Assembly: GCA_034431935.1 (NCBI GenBank)
Contig: DAOUCU010000096.1
Location: 1-60,467 of the forward strand
Source of the DNA: Dehalococcoidia bacterium
GTDB taxonomy: Bacteria; Chloroflexota; Dehalococcoidia; GIF9; JBFMDU01
DNA: 60,467 bases
Direction of reading: 5' to 3'
Shown here: positions 1 to 8,608 of the stretch, in pieces
How the letters are laid out: the number at the start of each line of letters is the position of its first letter
How positions within the stretch are numbered: the first letter of the stretch is position 1
Position numbers and translations under genes: made by a program
The notes under the pieces: model-generated
The model's database searches: none
Told to the model about the DNA's origin: nothing
The model's input: the letters and a program-made list of their open reading frames with translations, nothing else

Positions 1-856
1 GCGGTGAGTTAACGTTGGCGAAACGGCAGGTGTTGAAATACGAGTGGGCACCGGCGCCAAGCCCGACATAGCTGTGGTTCTTCCAATACTTCACATTGTG
101 ACGGCATTCACGCCCCGGGATGGCCCAGTTGGATATTTCGTAGTGGTGGTATCCGGCGTTCCCCAGAGCCGCTTCAGCCAGCTGGTACATGTCGGCGGCG
201 AGGTCAGGGTCCGGTGCCGGTATCAGGCCATGCGCAATCATCTGCGCCAAAGGTGTCTGTGGCTCGAGGGTGAGGGAGTAGATTGAGAGGTGTTCTGGAT
301 GCAGGTCAAGGGCCTGTTCGATGGTAATGCGCCATTCGTGCAGCGTCTGACGGGGCAGGCCGTAAATGAGGTCAATGTTCACGTTTTCGAAGCCGGCTTC
401 GCGAGCAATACAAAAGGCTTGCCTGGCTTCCTCGGCTGAGTGCGGCCGCCCGAGCATCTTCAGCTCTGTGTCGCTGAAGCTCTGGACGCCGATGCTGAGG
501 CGGTTGACGCCAATATTGCGAAGAGAGCGGAGAAGCGGCTTACTGGTGCTTTCAGGGTTGGCTTCAACTGTGATTTCGGCCTGATGGCTAACGGTGAAAC
601 AATCGTAGATGATGTATATAAGGCGGGTCAGCTGTCGGCGGCTCAGCATGGTAGGAGTTCCGCCACCGATATAGAGCGTGGAAACATCGTGGTTGGCTAG
701 CAGGGACGACCAGAGATGTGCTTCCTGACTTAGTGCCGAGAGATATGATGGAATGTGGCGAGAGGCTCCGGCGTAGGAGTTGAAGTCGCAGTAGAGGCAC
801 TTGGAACGGCAGAATGGGATATGAACGTAGAGTCCGATGCCCGATGTGCTACTCAT
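1..856 (-). CDS. hemW: Radical-SAM heme chaperone / oxygen-independent coproporphyrinogen-III oxidase-like protein (HemW/HemN family); 3' end lies outside the window
   Basis: Absent from the ORF track because it runs off the left edge. Hand translation from ATG (856..854) gives MSSTSGIGLYVHIPFCRSKCLYCDFNSYAG... with the CxxxCxxC radical-SAM motif. The frame stays open to nt 1 (...IPGRECRHNVKYWKNHSYVGLGAGAHSYF...). Confidence 0.85.
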   Translation of the reverse strand, partial: MSSTSGIGLYVHIPFCRSKCLYCDFNSYAGASRHIPSYLSALSQEAHLWSSLLANHDVSTLYIGGGTPTMLSRRQLTRLIYIIYDCFTVSHQAEITVEANPESTSKPLLRSLRNIGVNRLSIGVQSFSDTELKMLGRPHSAEEARQAFCIAREAGFENVNIDLIYGLPRQTLHEWRITIEQALDLHPEHLSIYSLTLEPQTPLAQMIAHGLIPAPDPDLAADMYQLAEAALGNAGYHHYEISNWAIPGRECRHNVKYWKNHSYVGLGAGAHSYFNTCRFANVNSP

Positions 857-884
857 GAGTTTAAGGCCGGACGGTCCGGCCCGT

Positions 885-1802
885 TTACGATTTGCGCTTG
901 CCGATAGGAAGCCAGGAAAAGAAGCGTCCCCACTCGCCACGATCCCAGACAACGAGCAGCTGCGGCGCGATACAGGAAGCGCTGTACGTACCGACCAGAA
1001 CGCCTACCAGCAGTACCAGCATGAAGTTGCGTATGGTAATGCCGCCCAGAAGGTAAAGCGCCAGGATAACGAACAGAGTAGTCAGGCTGGTATTGAGAGA
1101 GCGGGTGAAGGTCTCGAGAACGCTGGAATTGACAACCGTGGCGAAGTCCCTGCTGATACCCCGGGTCATATTGTCCCTGATACGATCAAAGACGACGATG
1201 GTGTTGTTGATACTGTAGCCAACGACGGCAAGCACACCGGTGATGAACAGGGCATCGACTTCAACACCAAGTAGCCAGCCGAGAATGGAGAACACTGTCA
1301 GAACGATGAATACATCGTGAAGGATGGGTATGATGGCGCAGGTTCCCCATCGGAATGGCCTTGGCATCTTACGGAAGGCCCAGGCGATATAAGTCAGGAT
1401 GAAAACCGCAGCCACAATGATGGCGATACCGGCATCCCGCGCTGTCCTAGCCGCAATCACCGGCGAGACAGAGTAGAAGTCAAGGACGGTTACCTTCCCG
1501 AACTTGTCCTCAAGTCCCGCCGTCAGAGACTCCTTTTCGCCGGAGGATATTTCACGCACGCGAATGAAGAAATCACCATCGGGGGTCTTCTGGATGGTCG
1601 CCTGGTCATAGCCCAGGTTAAGCAATGCTGTGCGCAGGTCTCCCTGGTCAATCGGCTTGTCAAACCTGAGGGTTATGGCTGAACCGCTGGCGAAATCAAC
1701 CCCCGGCTGCAGTTTGAAGACCGCCAGAGAAATGATGCCGACAAGTATGAGTACTCCCGAGACGAGGAAAAACGTATATCTCTTTCCGACAAAATCAATC
1801 AT
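885..1802 (-). CDS. secF: Protein translocase subunit SecF
   Basis: 305 aa. N-terminal TM segment, then the periplasmic-type domain and C-terminal multi-TM region typical of SecF (IDFVGKRYTFFLVSG..., ...INNTIVVFDRIRDN...). Overlaps secD by 4 nt. Confidence 0.9.
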   Translation of the reverse strand: MIDFVGKRYTFFLVSGVLILVGIISLAVFKLQPGVDFASGSAITLRFDKPIDQGDLRTALLNLGYDQATIQKTPDGDFFIRVREISSGEKESLTAGLEDKFGKVTVLDFYSVSPVIAARTARDAGIAIIVAAVFILTYIAWAFRKMPRPFRWGTCAIIPILHDVFIVLTVFSILGWLLGVEVDALFITGVLAVVGYSINNTIVVFDRIRDNMTRGISRDFATVVNSSVLETFTRSLNTSLTTLFVILALYLLGGITIRNFMLVLLVGVLVGTYSASCIAPQLLVVWDRGEWGRFFSWLPIGKRKS

Positions 1803-3121
1803 CGCTTGACTCCGTAGGCCCTCAGGGAGGTGACCCAGTGGCTGGCGACCAGAAGCCTCAGGAAGGTGCGGCTGACGGCGATTGCGGTGAACATGCTCAG
1901 CAGGACGCCGATGAACAAAGTGACGGCAAAACCACGGACCATAAACGCGCCGAGCGTGCCGCCCAACCAGTAAAGGACGCCGCAGGCAATGAAGGTGGTG
2001 ATGTTGCTGTCGCGGATAGCCGACCAGGCGCGATTGAATCCGGCATCAACGGCGGCGCCGAGGGTCTTTCCTGACCGGAGTTCTTCTTTGATGCGCTCGA
2101 AGATGAGGACATTGGCATCGACCGCCATGCCGATTGATACGATGAATCCAGCCATGCCGGGTAACGTAAGCACCACCGGGATCATCTTGAAGACGGATAG
2201 TACGAGTGTTGCGTAAATTGCTAGTGCGATTGCGGCGATAACTCCTGGGACGCGGTAGTAGATAATCATGAACAGAATCACCAGGGTCAGGCCGATAAGC
2301 CCGGCAATGAGGCTTTTCTGAAGTGAATCGGCGCCTAGAGTGGCGTCGACATCCGAGCGCTGAATGATAGTTAATGGTACGTCGAGAGCGCCAGAATTCA
2401 ACTGGATGGCCAGTGTTTTAGCCTCGTTAATAGTGAGACCGGTGATGACGCCGCGGTCTTCGATGACCGCCTGAACAGTCGGCGCCGAGATAAGCTTGTC
2501 GTCGAGAAAGATTCCGAGCGGCTTCTGCAGATTACGTTCGGTTATCTGCTTGAAGAGGACAGCGCCTTCCGAGTTCCATTCGAAAGCGACTTCAGGCTCG
2601 TTTTTCTGCTGGCTGATGACGACCTGAGCGTTCGGCTTAAAGTATTTACCGGTGAGCTCTTTCTCTTGCCCATCGCTACCCTTGGCCTTGGCAACGACCC
2701 ATTCCTGCTCACCCTTGTCGTTCACTACCGGCTTACCATCCGGTCCAAGTTTCAGCTCGCGAAAATCGAGCTGTGCGGTCTGGCCGAGCAGGCGGATGGC
2801 CTCGTTGATATCACGAACCCCTGGCAGTTGGACCAGAATACGGTCGGTTCCGAGTTGCTGGATAAGCGGCTCGGTAACGCCATACTCGTTGACACGGCGT
2901 TCGATTTTCTGAATGACGCCGGCCATAGCATCAGCGTCGCTCTGAGAAGGGTCTTTCTTAGACAGGTCTGCCTCGTAGACGAGGTGACTGCCGCCCTTGA
3001 GGTCAAGACCCAGCTGCATGCCATGGCGTCCCAAACGCTCGCTGTCGATTGGTGTAATCATCCAGAGCGCTAGGCCGAACAGGACGATAATGAATATCAG
3101 CATCCAGAAGTCTTTTCTCAA
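1799..3121 (-). CDS. secD: Protein translocase subunit SecD
   Basis: 440 aa. LGLDLKGGSHLVYEADL motif, a large extracytoplasmic domain and a C-terminal 5-TM block (GMAVDANVLIFERIKEELRSGK). Sits directly upstream of secF. Confidence 0.9.
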   Translation of the reverse strand: MRKDFWMLIFIIVLFGLALWMITPIDSERLGRHGMQLGLDLKGGSHLVYEADLSKKDPSQSDADAMAGVIQKIERRVNEYGVTEPLIQQLGTDRILVQLPGVRDINEAIRLLGQTAQLDFRELKLGPDGKPVVNDKGEQEWVVAKAKGSDGQEKELTGKYFKPNAQVVISQQKNEPEVAFEWNSEGAVLFKQITERNLQKPLGIFLDDKLISAPTVQAVIEDRGVITGLTINEAKTLAIQLNSGALDVPLTIIQRSDVDATLGADSLQKSLIAGLIGLTLVILFMIIYYRVPGVIAAIALAIYATLVLSVFKMIPVVLTLPGMAGFIVSIGMAVDANVLIFERIKEELRSGKTLGAAVDAGFNRAWSAIRDSNITTFIACGVLYWLGGTLGAFMVRGFAVTLFIGVLLSMFTAIAVSRTFLRLLVASHWVTSLRAYGVKR

Positions 3122-3223
3122 TTTGTCCCAATCCCCTGGTCTTGTTGCTTGCGCTTCAGCAAGATGTCGACGTAAATATATCCTGTGAGCGTGGTAGCCA
3201 GTTCAAGCACAAAACAGGGCGTC

Positions 3224-3252
3224 ATTATAGACAAGGGGATTCCTATTGTAAA
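3224..3252 (-). promoter_or_regulatory. Sigma-70-like promoter candidate for secDF
   Basis: Minus strand reads TTTACA (3252..3247), a 17-nt spacer, then TATAAT (3229..3224). About 100 nt upstream of the secD start. Confidence 0.45.
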
Positions 3253-3324
3253 GGTGTGGGCCGAATGGTGGAGGCTGGTCTTACCGGGACTAGAGTCGGG
3301 CGTGTTGTATGCGGGTAAAGCGGT

Positions 3325-4476
3325 ATGCTAGTATGCTCCAAAACCAAGGACACAGGTGTAGATTTGAAAGCAGTCATTCTTGTTGGTGGAGAGGCGACGC
3401 GCCTGAGGCCGCTGACCTGTGACCTTCCAAAAGCGGTAGTCCCGGTGGCCAACGTGCCTTTTCTCGAGCGTTTTGTTGCCTATCTGCACAGTCACGGAGT
3501 TGGTGATGTTATTCTCGCAGTGGCCAGTGACCCGGCCCGGCTCGAACGGTATTTTGGCGATGGACGCCGGATGGGTGTTCATATTGTCTACTCGCCAGAA
3601 AGCAGGCCGCTCGGCACTGCCGGCGCAATCAAGAATGCTGAACGCTACATAGACGGGCGGTTTATCGCATGCAACGGGGACATGCTGACTGGTATTGACC
3701 TGACAGAGATGCTCAGACTCCACCATGAAAAGCAGGCGATGGTTACAATTGCGCTAACGCCAGTGGACAATCCGACTGCGTACGGGGTTGTCGAGACTGA
3801 CGGCGTACAGCGGGTGAAGCGGTTTGTAGAGAAGCCTCCTGCCGCGCAGGTAACTACGAACATGATTAATGCCGGAATCTATGTCATGGAGCCAGAGGTG
3901 CTCAGAGATATGCCGGCAAACAAGTTCTTGATGCTTGAGCGGGATGTCTTCCCACAATTGTTGGCCGCTGGCAAGCCAGTCTATGCCTACCAATCTCAGG
4001 CCTACTGGATTGACATCGGGACGCCGGAAAAGTACCTGGAGGCTAACAGTCTGCTTATCAGCGGGGAGGTGCCGGTCGGCATTTCTTACGCGTCAAGGGA
4101 GGGTGATGTCCTGATTCAGGGACCTGTTGCCATTCATGCCGGGGGCCGGTTGAAAGGCCGGATTCTGCTTGGGAAGGGGTGTGTGATTGGTGAGGGGGCA
4201 TTGGTGGTTGGTCCGGCAGTGATAGGTGATAATTGCCGCGTTGGTGAAGGTGCAACGTTAGAGGAGGTGGTGGTCTGGGATGGGGTGGAGATTGGCTCTG
4301 GAGCAGTGCTGCGCCGCTGTGTTGTAGCTTCGGAGAGTATTATTGGCGAAGGGTGTCAGGTCCTGGAAGGTTGTGTCGTTGGGAGCAGAGTGCATCTTGG
4401 CCGCGGTAATAAGTTGGACCGGGGCGTGCGCATCTGGCCAGGTCGGGTCATACCGCCTGAAACAATATCATTTTAG
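3325..4476 (+). CDS. NDP-sugar pyrophosphorylase (mannose-1-phosphate guanylyltransferase / glucose-1-phosphate nucleotidyltransferase-like) with C-terminal left-handed beta-helix
   Basis: KAVILVGGEATRLRPLTCDLPKAVVPV nucleotidyltransferase signature. The C-terminus has hexapeptide-repeat character (GEGALVVGPAVIGDNCRVGEGATLEEVVVWDGVEIGSGAVL). An alternative TTG start at 3364 (MKAVILVGG) is preceded by AGGTG. Confidence 0.8.
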   Translation: MLVCSKTKDTGVDLKAVILVGGEATRLRPLTCDLPKAVVPVANVPFLERFVAYLHSHGVGDVILAVASDPARLERYFGDGRRMGVHIVYSPESRPLGTAGAIKNAERYIDGRFIACNGDMLTGIDLTEMLRLHHEKQAMVTIALTPVDNPTAYGVVETDGVQRVKRFVEKPPAAQVTTNMINAGIYVMEPEVLRDMPANKFLMLERDVFPQLLAAGKPVYAYQSQAYWIDIGTPEKYLEANSLLISGEVPVGISYASREGDVLIQGPVAIHAGGRLKGRILLGKGCVIGEGALVVGPAVIGDNCRVGEGATLEEVVVWDGVEIGSGAVLRRCVVASESIIGEGCQVLEGCVVGSRVHLGRGNKLDRGVRIWPGRVIPPETISF

Positions 4477-4512
4477 GTTGCGTCCAGCAATGTGTCGGCC
4501 GCTGGTGCAGAT

Positions 4513-4541
4513 TTGACACACCTCCAGCTTTGAGGTAAACT
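4513..4541 (+). promoter_or_regulatory. Sigma-70-like promoter candidate upstream of the zinc-ribbon gene and rplY
   Basis: TTGACA (4513..4518), a 17-nt spacer, then TAAACT (4536..4541). 32 nt upstream of the ATG at 4573. Confidence 0.5.
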
Positions 4542-4572
4542 TTCCGCACTGTTTTCGGGTTGGTGGAGTACT

Positions 4573-4809
4573 ATGCCTATATATGAATATTCGTGTCCCG
4601 CAGGGCACGGCGTTTTTGAATTGATGCGTCCTTCTTCCAAAGCTGATGACAAAGCGCTTTGTCCCAAGTGCCAGAAACCTTCCCGCCGGGTATTCTCCAG
4701 GTTTGCCTGCGTTTCCAAAGGGGCTGATGGAGTTTCGACTCCGGTGGCGGGTACTGGCAGTTCCTGCGCTACCTGCGGTTCGTCCAGCTGTGCTACTTGC
4801 GGAGGATAG
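4573..4809 (+). CDS. FmdB-family zinc-ribbon putative regulatory protein
   Basis: 78 aa. MPIYEYSCPAGHGVFELM...CPKCQ is the characteristic CxxC_CxxC_SSSS ribbon N-terminus. Cys-rich tail SSCATCGSSSCATCGG. Confidence 0.75.
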   Translation: MPIYEYSCPAGHGVFELMRPSSKADDKALCPKCQKPSRRVFSRFACVSKGADGVSTPVAGTGSSCATCGSSSCATCGG

Positions 4810-4898
4810 GCGGACTTCCCCCGGCTCATCTGTGCGAGGTTTTCGCTCATGCCAGCCGCGCCGGCGCCACACGTCGGTGATCTCAGGAGAGTGTTGAT

Positions 4899-5633
4899 AT
4901 GAAGCAAATGGAAATTCGTGCCATTAGGCGGCAGGTGTTTGGTAAGCAAGTGCGAGCATTGCGGCGGGCCGGAGTGGTGCCGGCCCATCTGTTCGGTCGG
5001 GACATTGAGCCGGAAGCTCTTCAGGTAGAGGCGGCGGCGCTGGATAAAGTATTGGCCAGAGCCGGCACCAGCCGGCTGGTTTCGCTGGTGGTTGAAGGAG
5101 AGCGCGAACCGCGAAACGTACTTGTCAAGGAAGTCCAGCGTGATTGTATGGGCGACCAAGTCATTCATATCGATTTCTATCAGGTGAGGATGACGGACAA
5201 GATCAAGGTTGAGATACCCGTCGTTGCGGTCGGTGAGTCTCCAGCGGTGAAGGGCAAGCTCGGTGTGCTGATGCAGGCGATGCGCTCTCTGCCGATCGAG
5301 TGCTTGCCGGCGGAAATCCCGCAGTCAGTACAGGTTGACGTGTCCGGGCTGACCAAGCTTGATGACGGCATCTGTGTTAAGGATTTGAAGCTCAAAGACG
5401 GCATCACCGTTCTGGCTGACCCCGATGAGCTGGTTATTAAAATCAGCGTTGTTAAGGTGGCCAAGGAGGAGGTGGCTAAGCCGGTTGAGGCCGCCCCCGG
5501 GGAAGGTGCGGCTGTGGCCGGGGGTGGTGGGATTGCGGAGGGTGCCAAGGCCGAAGGTGGCGCTGAAGCTGGCGGTAAGGCTGAGAAGACCGAAAAAGCT
5601 GAGAAACCGGAGAAGGGACAGAAATCAGCTTAG
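4899..5633 (+). CDS. rplY: 50S ribosomal protein L25 / general stress protein Ctc (long form)
   Basis: 244 aa. N-terminus RRQVFGKQVRALRRAGVVPAHLFG and a two-domain Ctc-type layout. Low-complexity Ala/Gly/Glu/Lys tail. Confidence 0.85.
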   Translation: MKQMEIRAIRRQVFGKQVRALRRAGVVPAHLFGRDIEPEALQVEAAALDKVLARAGTSRLVSLVVEGEREPRNVLVKEVQRDCMGDQVIHIDFYQVRMTDKIKVEIPVVAVGESPAVKGKLGVLMQAMRSLPIECLPAEIPQSVQVDVSGLTKLDDGICVKDLKLKDGITVLADPDELVIKISVVKVAKEEVAKPVEAAPGEGAAVAGGGGIAEGAKAEGGAEAGGKAEKTEKAEKPEKGQKSA

Positions 5634-5661
5634 ACTTTCCTGGGGTAAATGGAATAGTAAA

Positions 5662-5702
5662 GGGCGCGCCTGTCCGTTTCGGCAGGGGCGCCCTGATTTT
5701 TT
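5662..5702 (+). terminator. Rho-independent terminator after rplY (between convergent genes, so possibly bidirectional)
   Basis: GGGCGCGCCTG (5662..5672) pairs with CAGGGGCGCCC (5683..5693): 11-bp stem with 1 mismatch. Followed by GATTTTTTC, with the T-run at 5697..5702. Confidence 0.65.
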
Positions 5703-5715
5703 CGGGGGGTGATGT

Positions 5716-6390
5716 CTAGGGATCGGATTGGCTGGCCGTTGAGGTTTCAGGCCTGGAGGTATCCGGACCCAGTCCTTTGCCTTCACCGGCACTGTCGCGT
5801 AACCATCGCTGAATGTCGTTGAGCGCCGGCGGAAAAACGATAAAGACGTCAATTGAGGCCGGGAAATGGATACGGTGGCCTTCCCTTACAAAGAGCACTC
5901 CAGCCTCCCCATCTTTAAGGGTCTGGTCGATGCGGGCGGCTATGTGTTCCCATCGCCTGCGAGATGCGTCACTGAAAAACTCGGAGACTTTAGAAGCTAC
6001 TTTCTCACTGACGAAGCCGAGCATGAGGCATCTTTCCCAGTCCATCGCTTCTTCAGCGATATCACGGTCTTCAATTAACTCGAAGCTGGCGCCCGCCTGA
6101 CGCCGTACCTTCGTGATCTCCCAGCCGGCCGGGTTGAATCTCTCCATCACCGCTATGCCCTCGTCGCCGCCGACAACAATCGACTCATGATAGATCCGGC
6201 GTATTGGCCCCAGCTTGGACTCAAGGTTGGAAAGATGTTCCATGACCTCGAGCCAGTAGCGGCGGCACTTCTCTTTGTATTCCTCGGGTGAGTTTTCATT
6301 GTACAGGACGAGCGGCACAAGGTAGATTTTCCTTGGGGATTTGAACTGGTCTGTGGAAGGCTTATCGATATGCCCGATTTCCGGCGTCAT
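5716..6390 (-). CDS. Hypothetical protein, no domain recognised
   Basis: 224-aa ORF with normal composition. Its ATG lies 3 nt after the stop of the upstream 121-aa ORF. Acidic/Ser-Thr tail. Confidence 0.6.
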   Translation of the reverse strand: MTPEIGHIDKPSTDQFKSPRKIYLVPLVLYNENSPEEYKEKCRRYWLEVMEHLSNLESKLGPIRRIYHESIVVGGDEGIAVMERFNPAGWEITKVRRQAGASFELIEDRDIAEEAMDWERCLMLGFVSEKVASKVSEFFSDASRRRWEHIAARIDQTLKDGEAGVLFVREGHRIHFPASIDVFIVFPPALNDIQRWLRDSAGEGKGLGPDTSRPETSTASQSDP

Positions 6391-6393
6391 GTG

Positions 6394-6759
6394 CTACCTC
6401 TTTTCCGGTGGTGGAGTTTCCGTTCCCCATGTCTGCATGATGTGTTTTAGGGTCTGTGCCAGCTTCGGACTGGAACGCAGGCGCGAGATAAAAACGGGGC
6501 ATCCTTCAAGGAGGACATTTTGAAGGGTCGCCGCGGCGCTTTCCAGGAAGAGCCGCATTTCGTCGCTTGCTGCATCCGGCGCTCCGGGCAAGCCCATCAT
6601 TGACTTAAGCTGTTTCTGCATGTCTTCGGGGCTGAGCCGCATTGGTGTCACGCAGTTTTTATACCAGGGACAGGCTTTACATTGGAGTATCGCCGAAGCT
6701 TCTTCAAGGATATCCGCCATGTGGTGTCTCCCAGTTTTGTTGTTGCGGGCCTGCCGCAT
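6394..6759 (-). CDS. Hypothetical small Cys-containing protein (CxxC-x5-C ... C)
   Basis: 121-aa ORF. A more likely start is the ATG at 6720 (MADILEE...), preceded by GGGAG plus 7 nt. Cys pattern: CKACPWYKNC ... EGCPVF. Confidence 0.55.
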   Translation of the reverse strand: MRQARNNKTGRHHMADILEEASAILQCKACPWYKNCVTPMRLSPEDMQKQLKSMMGLPGAPDAASDEMRLFLESAAATLQNVLLEGCPVFISRLRSSPKLAQTLKHIMQTWGTETPPPEKR

Positions 6760-6864
6760 ATTGTACCTGAATCCGGCGCGCGCGGCACTGTCTCCAGCGG
6801 ACGGAGAATTCAGCTATTCTGGGCACTGTTGGAAAGGGGCCGCCACGAAACTGGACTATAATGA

Positions 6865-8241
6865 GTGGTACGGAGGTATGATCTGGCAATGACAACGTTT
6901 AGCCTTTCTGCTGTAGTCTCACACATTGATGCCAACCGGACGGTGAAAGAGCTCATCATGGCATGGCTCAAACGGCCGAGCCAGCGTCAGAGAATATCCG
7001 TTACCGACCTGACTGGCCTGAGGCAAGCGTATTTCAAAAGGAAATTCCCGGATATCACGCCGTCTCTTGAGCGACAGCAATTGATGTGGTCGGGCACAGG
7101 GTTTCACCAGCTTTTTGGGGTAGCGGTTTCTCGTGAGGAGTATTTGGAGCAGTTCGTCGAGGTGGAAGGTGTGGTGGGCCGGATAGATATCTATGAGGAT
7201 ATGCCGACGGAAGTTAAGACGACGGGAAGCCCGTTGGATGAGAGCGACATCAAACGGAAACGGCCGTATTATCTTGAGCAGCTCGGGTTCTATTGTGCCA
7301 TGGTGAATAACAAGAAAGGCAGGGTGGTTGTCTACTGTAGGGACGCATCTCCTGAGCAGGCGCTGACGGCTTTCCGGGTAACATTTTCCGACCTCGGCGC
7401 TATCGTGGCCGAGATGAGGAAACGGCGGGACTTACTTCTTGAAGCGTTGGAGAAGGGTGACCCAAGCCGTCTGCCAGTATGCCCCTGGGGAAGCTGGCAG
7501 TGCGAATATGCCGGGGTCTGCGATTGCCGGACAGGTACGGTGCCGGTTTCGAAGGAAGTGGTGGGCCAGGTCTCAGCTATTGAGAGTGATGAAACGGCAG
7601 TTCGCTATCTGGTCGAAAGACTGAGGGCTGGAAGTGATAGAGTCAGGCCACCGCGTCTTAACGACCTTGTTTTCCCGAGGAAAGCCTATCTGGCCAGAAT
7701 GAAACAGCGGCACGCACGTGACGAAGATGCTATTGATACCGAGGATGAGGCGGCTGAGCGTCTGACTTCAATTGAACGCACCGGCTTTCTCAGCGTCATT
7801 CGGGATGCCGTCAGGTACGGTCTACCCGGGGCGACACTGCACGTGCCGGTTAGGGCTGGTTCTATGGAAGATATGGTACTGCTAAACGACGGGATACCGC
7901 TAGTTGTCCGCAGTGCCAGGCTGAACTCGGTGGTTGAGCGTGGCAATCTCCCGCGCGTCTTCTCCCACTACATCATGAGACTGGCCCTGGAGTGTGGCCT
8001 GACTGACCAGCGGCGTGGACGTCTGGTTATCTACTATGAAAAGGTTCCCCGGGAGGACGCAAAGCTGATGGTCTATGATATCAGCTTCAAAGACACAAAG
8101 GTGCTTAAGACCGAGGTTCTGCGGCGTATCAATCTGCTGGAAACGGTCAAGCAGGTTGATGAACTGCCGGCTTGCCCGGATTGGATGTGCCGCTACTGTG
8201 GTGAGCGTGTCCTATGCGGTGCCGGCACCGGCAGGATTTGA
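6865..8241 (+). CDS. Cas4-like PD-(D/E)XK nuclease family protein with an internal tandem duplication (intact N-terminal core, degenerate C-terminal copy), each half ending in a Cys cluster
   Basis: 458 aa. N-half motifs: GTGFHQLF, GRIDIYEDMPTEVKTT (D108, E116-x-K118), YYLEQLGFY, CPWGSWQCEYAGVCDC. The C-half repeats the same order of blocks but without D/ExK, and ends CPDWMCRYCGERVLC. The start could instead be the ATG at 6889. Confidence 0.6.
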   Translation: MVRRYDLAMTTFSLSAVVSHIDANRTVKELIMAWLKRPSQRQRISVTDLTGLRQAYFKRKFPDITPSLERQQLMWSGTGFHQLFGVAVSREEYLEQFVEVEGVVGRIDIYEDMPTEVKTTGSPLDESDIKRKRPYYLEQLGFYCAMVNNKKGRVVVYCRDASPEQALTAFRVTFSDLGAIVAEMRKRRDLLLEALEKGDPSRLPVCPWGSWQCEYAGVCDCRTGTVPVSKEVVGQVSAIESDETAVRYLVERLRAGSDRVRPPRLNDLVFPRKAYLARMKQRHARDEDAIDTEDEAAERLTSIERTGFLSVIRDAVRYGLPGATLHVPVRAGSMEDMVLLNDGIPLVVRSARLNSVVERGNLPRVFSHYIMRLALECGLTDQRRGRLVIYYEKVPREDAKLMVYDISFKDTKVLKTEVLRRINLLETVKQVDELPACPDWMCRYCGERVLCGAGTGRI

Positions 8242-8290
8242 CTGCCGTGGACAAAACGATGTATGAAACCCGGTCCGTTGGGTGAGTTAT

Positions 8291-8524
8291 CTAGTCTCGG
8301 CGGAGAAGTCGGCCTCTCGAGTTGCTCTGCATGCCCTCGATCTCACGCATCTTCTGGATTTCTTCCTCAGTCAACTCTTTCGAGGACACCAGGTCGCCGC
8401 CGGTGACCTTTATCCGGTACAGCTTGTGGCACTTCCAGCAGGAGAATGGGCCCTCGTAGTCGGCACTCAGAAGTGACATGGTACTTACGGTATTACACCC
8501 GGGGCAATTGATAGTAAAGAGCAT
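8291..8524 (-). CDS. Small zinc-ribbon protein (CPGC ... CWKC), unknown function
   Basis: 77 aa. AGGAGG sits 8 nt upstream of the ATG. Same strand as, and downstream of, the CDF transporter gene. Confidence 0.5.
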   Translation of the reverse strand: MLFTINCPGCNTVSTMSLLSADYEGPFSCWKCHKLYRIKVTGGDLVSSKELTEEEIQKMREIEGMQSNSRGRLLRRD

Positions 8525-8608
8525 CAGCTTGTCCTCCTAGCGGCAAAGAGTATACCACGCTGGTCTAGCGCGGGTTGGCGGTGATCTGGTTGGAGATGTA
8601 TGGCCGGG

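Noticed and set aside
4473-5168. 231-aa minus-strand ORF
   Set aside because: It is antisense to the FmdB ribbon gene, its promoter region and the 5' part of rplY. There is no recognisable domain, and the plus-strand genes are well supported.
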